From assembly GCA_964485905.1 (NCBI GenBank), contig CAZAJY010000002.1, forward strand, positions 1 through 47,281: a DNA stretch of 47,281 nt, read 5' to 3'. Positions 16,331-26,339 of the stretch are shown in pieces (position 1 is the stretch's first letter; each line of letters opens with the position of its first letter). This DNA comes from an uncultured Candidatus Saccharibacteria bacterium. GTDB lineage: Bacteria > Patescibacteriota > Minisyncoccia > Phycocordibacterales > GWA1-40-21. The position numbers and the translations under genes were made by a program. A model generated the notes under the pieces. It was not told where the DNA came from and did not search any database. It saw nothing but the letters and a program-made list of their open reading frames with translations.

Positions 16331-18088
16331 ATGAATATCTTCTTTAAAAAATCTATTTTAGTGACCTTGGCCGTTTTACTAATATTTTTTAGTTCATTTT
16401 TAGCAAAAGTTCAAAAGGCGGTCGCAGATGTTCCAGTTATAGCGCCTGCAACTGATGCTTTAATGGGACAAGATGCGGTACAACAAGGAGCGCAAACAGA
16501 AACCCAGTTACAAACCACAGCCGCTGAGACAGGTGTCATACCTAGCGTCGCCCAAAAAGAGTGGGTTTGGGACGGAATCGCTTATGGTGCGGCAAAAGTT
16601 TTAATCCACAATCTGAGCCAAAGTCTTATTGAATGGATTCAAAGTGGTTTTGAGGGCAGTCCATCTTTTATACAAAATTCACAAAGTTTTATGAATACTG
16701 TCGCTGATCAAGCGATCGGTAATTTTATTTTTGGAAGTCCTTTAAAATTTCTTTGTAGTCCATTCAAATTACAGCTTCAGATAGCTTTAGGCACCGCCTA
16801 TTCAGTCCCTGACGATATTAAATGTACCCTAACTGATATCACCAACAACTATAATAATTTTATGGGGGGAGACTTCATTGGTGGTGGTGGTTGGAATACT
16901 TGGTTAGAAGTGACCACCCAACCCCAAAATAATTTTCTCGGAGCGATGTTAATTGCTCAAGCCGATTTAGATGAAGAATTAAAGAAAAAGATAGATGAAA
17001 AAAATCAAGAATTAAGTTGGGGCGAGGGCTTTTTGTCATCTAAAAACTGCACTCGGGTTATAAAAGACACAAAGGGAAACGTAGTGAGTACAGAAAACTA
17101 TACCGGGGATCCATCGTTACATTCGACACCAACTTCCTACGACGCGAGACACGACAGTAATGGTCAATGGGTTGGTAGCCAAGAAGAAACTTGTAGTATT
17201 AGTTCTCCCGGGACCTTAGCTAATGCCGAACTTAAAAAAGTTTTTGGTAGTGAAATTGACCAACTCGGTTTAGCCGATGAATTTAATGAAATTGTCGCAG
17301 CTTCCATCAATCAGCTATTAACAATGGCAATGATAAAAGATGGGGTATCAGGAATGGACGCTTCAAAGTGGGCAAATAGTAAGGCCGCCTATGACTGCCA
17401 AAACCAAATGATTAATGACGTTAAAAACAGATTGGCTTCGGCTAATAATAACAATTACAGTTTAAATATCGCTAATTTAGATTTTAAAAACTGCTCGGCC
17501 GCTGGCGCCATTACTTTTGGTAACCCGATAGCCGTCAATAACCCCAACCGTCAAAATCCAACCCAAAATCAAACTGCTTCTATCGAAAGTGCCCGATCAT
17601 CCTTACTCTCAGAAATTGACAATGCTTTGGGAATAGAAAATGGTTATGCCAATGCTTATAATGATATCGTCAATACCATTACCGAAACCATCGGACGGCT
17701 GAATGATGTGATTGCCTGTTTCAATAATTTAAATGCTAATACTAACTTAAAAAGTCCCAGCATCAGTTCTGCCACAGCCATGAAAAATTCCACCGCAAAC
17801 TATCTCAATAATGCCCAGACAGAACAAGCAGTAGCGGAAGCCAATATTGATGCTCTGGAAGGAATTATTACACAATATAATATCAATACCACCACTTCAT
17901 TAAACGAAGTTCGTGCTGGGAATAATGCCCTACTCGCCCTGTCGCCAACCCTACATACCAGTCTTGATTTACTATCAGCCCAAATGGAAAGTGAGATCAC
18001 GGTTGAGATGATTGAAAGCGCTGATGATACGATAGGTACACTAGAAAGAACCTGTTCAAGTTATACAATGACTTATGGCACGAGGTAG
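16331..18088 (+). CDS. Hypothetical secreted protein
   Basis: The start is taken at the ATG at 16331 (MNIFFKKSILVTLAVLLIFF...), giving 585 aa with a signal/anchor and an N/Q/T-rich C-terminal half. Confidence 0.55.
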   Translation: MNIFFKKSILVTLAVLLIFFSSFLAKVQKAVADVPVIAPATDALMGQDAVQQGAQTETQLQTTAAETGVIPSVAQKEWVWDGIAYGAAKVLIHNLSQSLIEWIQSGFEGSPSFIQNSQSFMNTVADQAIGNFIFGSPLKFLCSPFKLQLQIALGTAYSVPDDIKCTLTDITNNYNNFMGGDFIGGGGWNTWLEVTTQPQNNFLGAMLIAQADLDEELKKKIDEKNQELSWGEGFLSSKNCTRVIKDTKGNVVSTENYTGDPSLHSTPTSYDARHDSNGQWVGSQEETCSISSPGTLANAELKKVFGSEIDQLGLADEFNEIVAASINQLLTMAMIKDGVSGMDASKWANSKAAYDCQNQMINDVKNRLASANNNNYSLNIANLDFKNCSAAGAITFGNPIAVNNPNRQNPTQNQTASIESARSSLLSEIDNALGIENGYANAYNDIVNTITETIGRLNDVIACFNNLNANTNLKSPSISSATAMKNSTANYLNNAQTEQAVAEANIDALEGIITQYNINTTTSLNEVRAGNNALLALSPTLHTSLDLLSAQMESEITVEMIESADDTIGTLERTCSSYTMTYGTR

Positions 18089-18142
18089 ATTTAGCTCATA
18101 ATCGTGAAAATCCTCTCTTTTTTATAGTTTTTCACGCTTATG

Positions 18143-18170
18143 TTGACAATCAAAACTAGAGGTATATAAT
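18143..18170 (+). promoter_or_regulatory. Near-consensus sigma70-type promoter for the AAA ATPase gene
   Basis: TTGACA (18143-18148), a 16-nt spacer, then TATAAT (18165-18170), about 40 nt upstream of the ATG at 18211. Confidence 0.5.
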
Positions 18171-18210
18171 AAACGTAATCGTAATTGCATTTGTTATAAA
18201 TAACTAAAAT

Positions 18211-19344
18211 ATGCTTATATTCCAACGCGAAAACTATGTACCAATTTTGCAAAAATTGTTTAAAAACAAAATTATTATTATTTACGGACCAAGGCAAGCG
18301 GGAAAGACAACTTTGTGTAAAGAAATTCAAAAGAAATATCCAGATAGTAAAATATTAACCTGCGACGACCCAAATATAGCCAATAATTTAGAGCCAAAAT
18401 CAGTGGAAGAAATCCTAAAGTATTTTGACAATAAAAAACTAATTATCATTGATGAGGCCCAAAGAGTAGAAAATATTGGCTTAACATTAAAATTACTAGT
18501 TGACGCCCACCCGGAAATTCAAATCATCGCCACGGGGTCATCATCTTTTGACTTAGCCAATAAAGTAAACGAGCCATTGACGGGAAGAAACTGGAAATTT
18601 TATCTTTTCCCTTTATCACTCAAAGAGTTATCTGTAACTTACGGTGCAGAACTTAAAAGCAAGTTAGAGGATCTACTAATTTTTGGTTCGTATCCAGAAA
18701 TTGTATCCGCACAAGAAAACAAGAAAGAAATATTGAAAAATCTAGCCAGTGATTATTTATACAAAGATTTGCTTTCTTATGAAGGGATAAGAAAACCAAG
18801 AACTTTATTTGATTTGCTCAGATTGCTAGCCCTAAATGTCGGAAATGAAGTTTCCTATAGTAAAATTGCCAGTGATCTATCAATCAGTAGAGAGACGGTT
18901 CGCTCATATATTGGAATATTAGAACAGGCCTTTATTATTTTTACCCTGCCGCCACTCCATAAACATAAAAGTAAAGAAATAAGTCGACTTAATAAAATAT
19001 ATTTTTACGACAACGGTATCAGAAACGCCCTTTTAGATAGTTTTAAACAACTTGAAAAAAGAAATGACGTTGGGGCTTTGTTTGAGAATTTCTTTATGTC
19101 AGAAAAAATGAAACAACATTATTACAGAAATTCTGAAAATAAGATGTACTTTTGGCGTACCAAACAAGGCCAAGAGATAGATTTAGTAGAGGAATATCGG
19201 GGTGGAGAAGAATATAAAATATTTGAATGTAAGTGGCAAGATAGGGCATCAAAAATTCCACCCATGTGGCAAAAAGAATACCGAAACTTTGAAATGAAGT
19301 TAGTTCACAAAGATAATTTACTAGATTATTTTCTAAGCCTGTAA
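18211..19344 (+). CDS. AAA+ ATPase of the COG1373 type (AAA_14 plus DUF4143 architecture)
   Basis: 377 aa. It has Walker A GPRQAGKTTL, Walker B LIIIDEAQ and a C-terminal region with an acidic/aromatic nuclease-like tail (EIDLVEE...FECKW). Confidence 0.7.
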   Translation: MLIFQRENYVPILQKLFKNKIIIIYGPRQAGKTTLCKEIQKKYPDSKILTCDDPNIANNLEPKSVEEILKYFDNKKLIIIDEAQRVENIGLTLKLLVDAHPEIQIIATGSSSFDLANKVNEPLTGRNWKFYLFPLSLKELSVTYGAELKSKLEDLLIFGSYPEIVSAQENKKEILKNLASDYLYKDLLSYEGIRKPRTLFDLLRLLALNVGNEVSYSKIASDLSISRETVRSYIGILEQAFIIFTLPPLHKHKSKEISRLNKIYFYDNGIRNALLDSFKQLEKRNDVGALFENFFMSEKMKQHYYRNSENKMYFWRTKQGQEIDLVEEYRGGEEYKIFECKWQDRASKIPPMWQKEYRNFEMKLVHKDNLLDYFLSL

Positions 19345-19390
19345 AATAGATGTTATAAAAATGATATTTATGGTAAAATACAGCTAACAA

Positions 19391-21652
19391 ATGAACCGTC
19401 TTTCAAAAAAAATAATATTAATTTCCCTCCTCACGGTTTTTCTACTGGGGGGAATTGGGTGGAGAGTAAAAAATATTGAAGCAAAACCCTTAACCGGTCT
19501 CACACAAGCCCAAACTGATGCCGTCTATAAAGCTTGCCCAATAACAGCACCTGATTATAGCGCCTGCGTAAAACGTACGGCAGACGCAATGAGGGCGGGA
19601 GTTCCTACAAACACGGCGGTGACAAATGAGCGAGCATCACAAGGGTTAATAACCCCGCCAACAACCAGTAAAGCTGACGAAGCCTGTCCAAAAACAATGA
19701 GTCAAGCCGAAAGATCAGCCTGCCTTAAAACATATAGCGAAAACGCTGCGGCTGTCTCCGCACTCGAAACAGCTAATGCAAATTTTTATGATGGTATTAT
19801 CAATGGTCTTAATTTTATAAAAGATGGACCAGTTAAAATCGCCACCGCGATTGTTGGTAGCTTCTTACAATTTATTATTATTCCAGTACTCGGAACGATA
19901 TTAAGGATCGTAGCAGCATGTTTAGATTTAGCAATTCAATCTACACTAAATTCGACCAAACTGACCGATGTTAGTGGCTCTATTGTAACAATTTGGGCTC
20001 TTGTAAGAGATATATTTAATATTACTTTTATTTTTATTTTGTTATATACAGCTATAAAGATGATTATTGGTTCAGTTGATGCTAATACCAAAAAGATGAT
20101 TGCCAATGTGGTTATTGCTGCTTTACTGATAAACTTTAGCTTATTTATTACTAGAATTTTGATTGACGCTGGAAATATCTTAGCTACTAATTTATACAAC
20201 TTAGCTACTAATAGCGGAGCTAATTCGATCTCTAGTCTAATATCAAATCAACTTGGCTTAGGTCTCTTTTGGGCTTCTACAAAAGTTGCGAGTGTATTTG
20301 AAACAGCTTTCTTTATTATCTCCGCTTTACAACTTTTAACTATATTAATTGCAATTATCACCTTATCTTATATTACAGCATTAATATTAATTAGAAATGT
20401 AATGTTAATTTTTCTTATGGCCCTATCTCCAATTGGTTTTATGGGGGGTGTCATACCTAAATTTGAAGAATACTCCAAAATGTGGCGAGAAAATCTTTAC
20501 GGACAAATTTTTATTGCTCCAATTTTTTTACTTCTTTTTTATTTAATTACAATAATTGGGACTAGGTTAACGCCAACTGGAGTTACTGATAAATTACTAA
20601 CTGACACTGACAAATATAAAGCATATTTTCAATATATAATGGTAATTATTCTACTTTTTGCAGCAGTAAAAATAACTAAAAAAATGAGTGGGGTTGTTGG
20701 TGCTGTGGTTGAAAAAGTTGGTATGGCTGCAGCGGGAATAGCTTTGGGGGCAGCAACGGGTGGAGCGGCATTTGTTGGTCGTGCCACATTAGGAAAAGCA
20801 GCCGCTTCGCTCGGTGAAAATAAATTCTTATTAGACAAATCTAAGGAGGGTGGTGTTCGTGGTATAGCCGCTAGAATGGCGCTTAGATCTTCTGGGCAAG
20901 TATCTAAAGCAAGCTTTGATGCTAGAAACACAGAAACGTTTAAGAAGACAACGGGGGCTGTGGGAGATTACACTGGACTTAAAGTTGATTATAGTCAAGG
21001 TCTAGCTGTCCAAAAAGGTGGCTATGCTGGCTTTATAGAAGCAAAACAAAAGAGGGCAGAGGAGAACGTCAAGATGCTTGGACAAACTAACGCTGAAAAG
21101 GAAGCTGAGAGTAAATTAAAAATGTTCGGGGAAAGAGCAAAATTACAAGCAGAGCAAACAGCAAGAGAGACCGAACGAAAACAAGCAGAGAAAGCAATTG
21201 AATCTCTTGAAGCTGAACAGGCTAAGAGCGGTGGTAAAATAAATAATTCAGACAAGGTATTCTCTTTGCAAGAAAAAATAAATAGGATAACAGAAAGAGA
21301 TGCAGAAATAAAGAAGAGCGTTGGTAAGATTGAAGAAAATTATCAAGCAAGTTTTGAAGAAGATATCACAAAATTAACAAAAGCTGATACAAATAACCTA
21401 GAAAAGATGATGAAAGCGGCCCAGAGAAGACAATTAGATTATGTTTCTAACTACAAAAAAACAATTAGAGGGCAGTTCGAGGGCCTATCTATGAATTTGG
21501 CCGAAAAGAAAAAAGTTGCTCAAAAATTAAGAGGGGATATACTAAAAACAGAAACTGATATAGATAAAATTATTAAGGGTGTAACCTCCAAATCATCCGG
21601 AGCAACCCCACCACCAGCATCTGGCGGGACACCTCCTCCGGGAACCCCATAA
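19391..21652 (+). CDS. Polytopic membrane protein, VirB6/TrbL-like T4SS channel candidate with a coiled-coil, Pro-rich tail
   Basis: 753 aa. It has an N-terminal signal/anchor, a Cys-containing extracytoplasmic segment, at least 6 hydrophobic helices in roughly the middle third, a long Lys/Glu/Ala coiled-coil region and a terminal TPPPASGGTPPPGTP. The call rests on topology and context with VirB4/PrgI. Confidence 0.5.
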   Translation: MNRLSKKIILISLLTVFLLGGIGWRVKNIEAKPLTGLTQAQTDAVYKACPITAPDYSACVKRTADAMRAGVPTNTAVTNERASQGLITPPTTSKADEACPKTMSQAERSACLKTYSENAAAVSALETANANFYDGIINGLNFIKDGPVKIATAIVGSFLQFIIIPVLGTILRIVAACLDLAIQSTLNSTKLTDVSGSIVTIWALVRDIFNITFIFILLYTAIKMIIGSVDANTKKMIANVVIAALLINFSLFITRILIDAGNILATNLYNLATNSGANSISSLISNQLGLGLFWASTKVASVFETAFFIISALQLLTILIAIITLSYITALILIRNVMLIFLMALSPIGFMGGVIPKFEEYSKMWRENLYGQIFIAPIFLLLFYLITIIGTRLTPTGVTDKLLTDTDKYKAYFQYIMVIILLFAAVKITKKMSGVVGAVVEKVGMAAAGIALGAATGGAAFVGRATLGKAAASLGENKFLLDKSKEGGVRGIAARMALRSSGQVSKASFDARNTETFKKTTGAVGDYTGLKVDYSQGLAVQKGGYAGFIEAKQKRAEENVKMLGQTNAEKEAESKLKMFGERAKLQAEQTARETERKQAEKAIESLEAEQAKSGGKINNSDKVFSLQEKINRITERDAEIKKSVGKIEENYQASFEEDITKLTKADTNNLEKMMKAAQRRQLDYVSNYKKTIRGQFEGLSMNLAEKKKVAQKLRGDILKTETDIDKIIKGVTSKSSGATPPPASGGTPPPGTP

Positions 21653-21674
21653 AATAAATTAATATAATAAAACC

Positions 21675-22313
21675 GTGGATAATGAAACACAAAAAATAAT
21701 AGAGGAACAATTGAAGCAATTACCGGCTGATGTAAAAGCGGCGATTATTTCGGTGGATTATAAAACCAAACTTCAAGAAATTACTCAGCGACAAAAATTG
21801 ATGATTGATCAGGCGGGGAAATTGGAGATGGAGACAACTTTAGTGATGATTGGCTTGGAACCATTAGCTGATTTCATTAGTAATTTGCAAAGAGAGTTAA
21901 ATTTAACCGAAGTCCGGGCGAAAGAAGTCGCTTTGGATGTCAGTGAAAATATCTTCAAAGCTATCAGAGATTCCCTGCAAAAAATGAATGAGGCGGTGGA
22001 AGAAAAACCAGCCCTTGTTCCCGTCGAACCGGATTTGAATCGAGAGCAAATTCTGAACGAAATCGAAAATCCGGCTCCACTTCGCCCAAATTCTACAATG
22101 CCAGTCCCAAATTCCCAATCTACAACGATAGAAGTAAGGCCAACGCAGGAAGTAGAAATAAAACCAGTTCAAAATCTTATGGAAACTAAAATGTCAGACA
22201 TTACGATTACGACTAAACAAATTATTGACGCCAAAACAGAAAATAAGTTACCTGAAATAGAGAAAAAGAGACCAACTAGTGGCGTTGACCCATATCGTGA
22301 ACCTTTAGCCTAA
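21675..22313 (+). CDS. Hypothetical protein (GTG start)
   Basis: 212-aa ORF tightly packed between the VirB6-like and PrgI-like genes. No recognisable motifs. Confidence 0.5.
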   Translation: MDNETQKIIEEQLKQLPADVKAAIISVDYKTKLQEITQRQKLMIDQAGKLEMETTLVMIGLEPLADFISNLQRELNLTEVRAKEVALDVSENIFKAIRDSLQKMNEAVEEKPALVPVEPDLNREQILNEIENPAPLRPNSTMPVPNSQSTTIEVRPTQEVEIKPVQNLMETKMSDITITTKQIIDAKTENKLPEIEKKRPTSGVDPYREPLA

Positions 22314-22321
22314 CACCTATC

Positions 22322-22753
22322 ATGCGATTCCAAGTACCACAATTTATTGAAATAGAGGACAAAATTTTTGGTCCTCTAACAATTAAGCAATTTATCTATA
22401 TTGCCGGTGGTATTGGTTTGTCTTTTATTATCTTTCGCTTTTTACCACTAATTATTACTATTCCTTTAGCTATAATTATTCTGATTTTCTCTTTTGCTTT
22501 AGCTTTCTATCAAATCAATAATAAACCCTTAATTTATGTTATTCAAAGTGCGGTTGGTTATTTTTTCTCTAATAAATTATATCTCTGGCAAAAGAAAGAT
22601 AAGTCTATGACTCAAAATAAAAAAGTTTCTAATGTTATAGCTAATCAACCGCCCGTTTATGTCCCCAAACTATCAGATAGCAAACTCCATGATTTGACTT
22701 GGAGCTTAGACATTAAGGAAAGTCTAAATCCAGTAACAAAAGAAGATAAGTAG
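22322..22753 (+). CDS. PrgI-family (VirB3-like) small membrane protein
   Basis: 143 aa. It has the typical PrgI start MRFQVPQFIEIEDKIFGPLTIKQFIYI followed by two TM helices, and sits immediately upstream of the VirB4-like genes. Confidence 0.6.
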   Translation: MRFQVPQFIEIEDKIFGPLTIKQFIYIAGGIGLSFIIFRFLPLIITIPLAIIILIFSFALAFYQINNKPLIYVIQSAVGYFFSNKLYLWQKKDKSMTQNKKVSNVIANQPPVYVPKLSDSKLHDLTWSLDIKESLNPVTKEDK

Positions 22754-22810
22754 CTAATTAGCTTGTAGCTTTTTAGGAGAAAAACACAAAATACGATATA
22801 ATAAACAAAT

Positions 22811-23446
22811 ATGTTAGCCGCAAAAACAACCCAAGAATTCGTCCCCGTAAAAGAAGTGCGTGATGGGGTGATTATTATGAAAGATGGCTCAATGCGATCG
22901 GTTATTTTATCTTCCTCCCTAAACTTTGCCTTAAAGTCAACCAGCGAACAAGAAGCAATTATTTTCCAATTTCAAAATATGATTAATTCTTTGGACTTTT
23001 CAATCCAAATCTCCATACAAAGTAGGGAATTGGATATTCGGCCTTATTTAGCGACTCTCGAAAAAAGATCGGAGGAGCAATTAAATGATTTATTGAAAAT
23101 TCAAATAAATGAATATATTCAATTCGTAAAAAACTTTACTGAAACACAGAATATTATGTCTAAAGCCTTTTTTGTAATTGTGCCGTTTACTCCAACATTG
23201 TTAAATTCTAAAAGCAATAGTGGTATAGCTAAATTTCTACCAAACGCTAATAAAAAAGAAACCCCAGCTGTCAAAAATGATAATTTTGAAGAAAACCGCA
23301 CGCAATTAGAACAAAGAGTGTCAGTGGTACAGCAAGGTTTAATGCGTTGTGGTATTAAAAGTGTCAGTTTAGGAACAGAAGAAACAATTGAACTCTTTTA
23401 TAAATTATTTAATCCGGGTGATAGTGAAAAACCAATTAAAATTTAA
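22811..23446 (+). CDS. VirB4 N-terminal-module-like protein (separate ORF)
   Basis: 211 aa. TQEFVPVKEVRDGVIIMKDGSMRSVILSSSLNFALKSTSEQEAI resembles the extreme N-terminus of Gram-positive VirB4/TcpF/Orf16-type ATPases. The stop is 6 nt before the next ATG. Confidence 0.5.
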   Translation: MLAAKTTQEFVPVKEVRDGVIIMKDGSMRSVILSSSLNFALKSTSEQEAIIFQFQNMINSLDFSIQISIQSRELDIRPYLATLEKRSEEQLNDLLKIQINEYIQFVKNFTETQNIMSKAFFVIVPFTPTLLNSKSNSGIAKFLPNANKKETPAVKNDNFEENRTQLEQRVSVVQQGLMRCGIKSVSLGTEETIELFYKLFNPGDSEKPIKI

Positions 23447-23452
23447 AATAAA

Positions 23453-25285
23453 ATGGGAATATTTGATTTTTTAAAAAAGAAAAATGACGCTAATAAAAAA
23501 GATGAACTAACATCTTTCTTACCGCAGGAAATATATGATACTGGTGTTTTGGAATTACAAGATATTATTGCTCCGTCTGCTCTTAAAATTACTCCAAATC
23601 AAATAAATTTGGGGGATAAGATTGCTAAAACTTTTTTCATCATTTCTTATCCACGTTTTCTCACTGAAAGTTGGTTTGCCCCAATTATAAATTTAGATAA
23701 AATTTTTAATATCTCTATTTTTATTCACCCAATTGAAACGGCTAAAGTTCTCCGTCAATTTCAGAGAAAAGTGGCGGAAGTGCAGAGCCAAATCAATGAA
23801 CGCTCAAATAAAGGCTTGATTCGGGACCCAATTTTGGATACCGCTTTTCAAGATCTGGAATCTTTACGTGATAATTTACAACAAGCCCAAGAAAAACTTT
23901 TTGACGTTGGTGTTTATTTAACAATTTATGGTGATAATGAGGATGAATTAAATAAATTAGAGTCAGAAATAAAATCTATTCTGGAGTCTAAGCTGGTTTA
24001 TTTAAAACCAGCACTTTTCCAGCAAGAACAAGGTTATAAAAGCATTCTGCCAACCGCTAATGATGAATTAGGAATTCATTCTAAATTAAATTCTTCACCC
24101 CTTTCAAGTATTTTCCCTTTTGTTTCTTTTGATTTAACTTCTGACAAAGGAATTCTTTATGGTATTAATCGTCATAATGGGGGACTGGTATTATTTGATC
24201 GTTTTTCTTTAGATAACTATAATTCAGTTACCTTCGCTAAATCTGGTTCAGGAAAAAGTTATCAAACGAAACTAGAAATTCTACGCTCTCTAATGTTCGA
24301 TGTTGATGTTATTGTTATTGATCCAGAAAAAGAATATCAATTTCTATCGGAAGCCGTTGGTGGAAAAAACTTTGATATTTCTCTAAACTCCAATAACCAT
24401 ATTAATCCTTTTGATTTGCCTATGCCCCGGGAAGATGAGTCCCCAGTTGATGTCTTACGATCTAACATTATTAACTTAGTTGGTTTATTCCGAATTATGT
24501 TTGGTGGGCTAACACCAGAAGAAGACGCGATTATCGATCGTGCGGTCAGCGAAACCTATGCTCTAAAAGATATCACTCCGGAATCAGATTTCTCCAATTT
24601 GGAACCACCACTATTATCTGACTTTGAATTGGTTCTCTCGGGAATGGAGGGGGCGGAAGGTTTGGTCCAAAAATTATCGAAATATACCCGTGGTTCTTGG
24701 GCTGGTTTCATCAACCGACCAACCAATGTTGATATTAATGCTAAATTTATTGTTTTCTCTATCCGCGATATGGAAGATGACCTTAAACCCGTCGCCATGT
24801 ATATTATTACTCATTATATCTGGACCGCGATTAGAAAAGAGTTAAAGAAACGACTTTTGATAATTGATGAAGCTTGGTGGATGATGAAAAGTGAAGATAC
24901 GGCCTCTTTCTTGTTCAGTATGGCCAAAAGAGGAAGAAAATATTTCCTTGGTCTTGCCACTATTACCCAAGATGTAGATGATTTCATTAAATCACCTTAT
25001 GGTTTACCAATTGTCACCAACTCATCTATCCAAATTCTCTTAAAACAAAGCCCATCAACAGTAGATAACTTACAGAAAATATTTAATTTGACTGATGAAG
25101 AAAAGTTCTTGCTTCTAGAGTCTGATGTGGGGGAGGGGCTATTCTTTGTTGGCCAAAAACACGTGGCAATTAAAGTTATTGCATCCTACACCGAAGATCA
25201 AATTATTACTTCCGACCCATCACAATTGTTAGCAATAAAACGGGCGCGAACGGAGTTGGATTCTCAAAGCTCTTCTGTGGTATAA
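23453..25285 (+). CDS. VirB4/TrbE-like T4SS ATPase (AAA_10/DUF87-type)
   Basis: 610 aa. It has Walker A FAKSGSGKSY, Walker B LLIIDEAWWMM and ATITQDVDDF. Confidence 0.85.
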   Translation: MGIFDFLKKKNDANKKDELTSFLPQEIYDTGVLELQDIIAPSALKITPNQINLGDKIAKTFFIISYPRFLTESWFAPIINLDKIFNISIFIHPIETAKVLRQFQRKVAEVQSQINERSNKGLIRDPILDTAFQDLESLRDNLQQAQEKLFDVGVYLTIYGDNEDELNKLESEIKSILESKLVYLKPALFQQEQGYKSILPTANDELGIHSKLNSSPLSSIFPFVSFDLTSDKGILYGINRHNGGLVLFDRFSLDNYNSVTFAKSGSGKSYQTKLEILRSLMFDVDVIVIDPEKEYQFLSEAVGGKNFDISLNSNNHINPFDLPMPREDESPVDVLRSNIINLVGLFRIMFGGLTPEEDAIIDRAVSETYALKDITPESDFSNLEPPLLSDFELVLSGMEGAEGLVQKLSKYTRGSWAGFINRPTNVDINAKFIVFSIRDMEDDLKPVAMYIITHYIWTAIRKELKKRLLIIDEAWWMMKSEDTASFLFSMAKRGRKYFLGLATITQDVDDFIKSPYGLPIVTNSSIQILLKQSPSTVDNLQKIFNLTDEEKFLLLESDVGEGLFFVGQKHVAIKVIASYTEDQIITSDPSQLLAIKRARTELDSQSSSVV

Positions 25286-25292
25286 TATTAGT

Positions 25293-26033
25293 ATGAAAAA
25301 ATTACTTATTATCTCTGTATTATTCATAATTTTATCAGTATTTTTCATTTCTCCTGCTCAAGCTCAAAACAACTCTGCTGATGTCGCATTAATCTGGGAA
25401 GCCGTCTCTTATACACCGCCTTTTTATAAAGGAAAAGCCCTTAATCCCAATCAAGGAACTGTAGTGGTAGTGGCTATACCAGAAATCTCTACGGAAACTG
25501 GGCAAAAAATCAAAACTAGTGATCTAAACTATCGCTGGTATAAAAATGACATTCTACAAAATAGTTCTTCTGGTGTAGGGAAAAACCACTTTACTTTCTC
25601 TGGTTCAGTCCCAATTAGAGATATAACTATAAAAGTAATTATCTCTACTTTAGATCAAAAAGTGACTATTGAAAAGAGCGTGACTATCACCAATGTGCCA
25701 CCAAAAATAATTTTTTACGAAAATAGTCCTATTTATGGTCTAGTTTTCAACCGAGCAATTAAAAATAGTGTTAAAATGATGGCTGATGAGTTTGGAATTA
25801 AAGCTTTTCCATATTTTATGAGTATTGACGAAGCCCAAAATGCCAATTTAGATTATACTTGGACAATAAATAACCGGGCTTCATCAGGCCTAGATACTGA
25901 CAAAACCGCGATGCTTTTTCGACAGGAAATTGCTGGATCAGGAACAACTAATGTAAACCTAAAGATACAAAATAATTCCCGTATCTTTCAATTCACTGAT
26001 AATAGTTTTATAATAAATTTCGAAAAACAATAA
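25293..26033 (+). CDS. Hypothetical secreted protein
   Basis: 246 aa with a signal-like N-terminus (MKKLLIISVLFIILSVFFISPAQA). Confidence 0.55.
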   Translation: MKKLLIISVLFIILSVFFISPAQAQNNSADVALIWEAVSYTPPFYKGKALNPNQGTVVVVAIPEISTETGQKIKTSDLNYRWYKNDILQNSSSGVGKNHFTFSGSVPIRDITIKVIISTLDQKVTIEKSVTITNVPPKIIFYENSPIYGLVFNRAIKNSVKMMADEFGIKAFPYFMSIDEAQNANLDYTWTINNRASSGLDTDKTAMLFRQEIAGSGTTNVNLKIQNNSRIFQFTDNSFIINFEKQ

Positions 26034-26034
26034 T

Positions 26035-26331
26035 ATGACATATACACCATTAGAACCAACAGCTTTTGGAGGAAATCTGACCGCCAGTACCACCTTGGGT
26101 CAATTTTTATCTGAAGCTTTCCAATTTGGTCTAGCAATCGCCGCCGCCTTAGCTGTAATTATGATCGTCTGGGGTGGGGTGGAAATTATGTTATCTGAAT
26201 CACCAATGGGTAAAACCAATGGCAAAGAAAAAGTCTGGAATGCCATTTGGGGTTTAGTTTTGGCCCTGGTTTCTTGGTTAATTCTTTACACCATTAATCC
26301 AGAGATCTTAAATTGGAATGCTTTTAATTAG
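26035..26331 (+). CDS. Small two-helix membrane protein, VirB2/TrbC-pilin-like candidate
   Basis: 98 aa with two hydrophobic helices (FQFGLAIAAALAVIMIVWGGV and IWGLVLALVSWLILYTI). The size and topology are typical of T4SS pilins. The call is context-based. Confidence 0.45.
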   Translation: MTYTPLEPTAFGGNLTASTTLGQFLSEAFQFGLAIAAALAVIMIVWGGVEIMLSESPMGKTNGKEKVWNAIWGLVLALVSWLILYTINPEILNWNAFN

Positions 26332-26339
26332 AAAAATTT

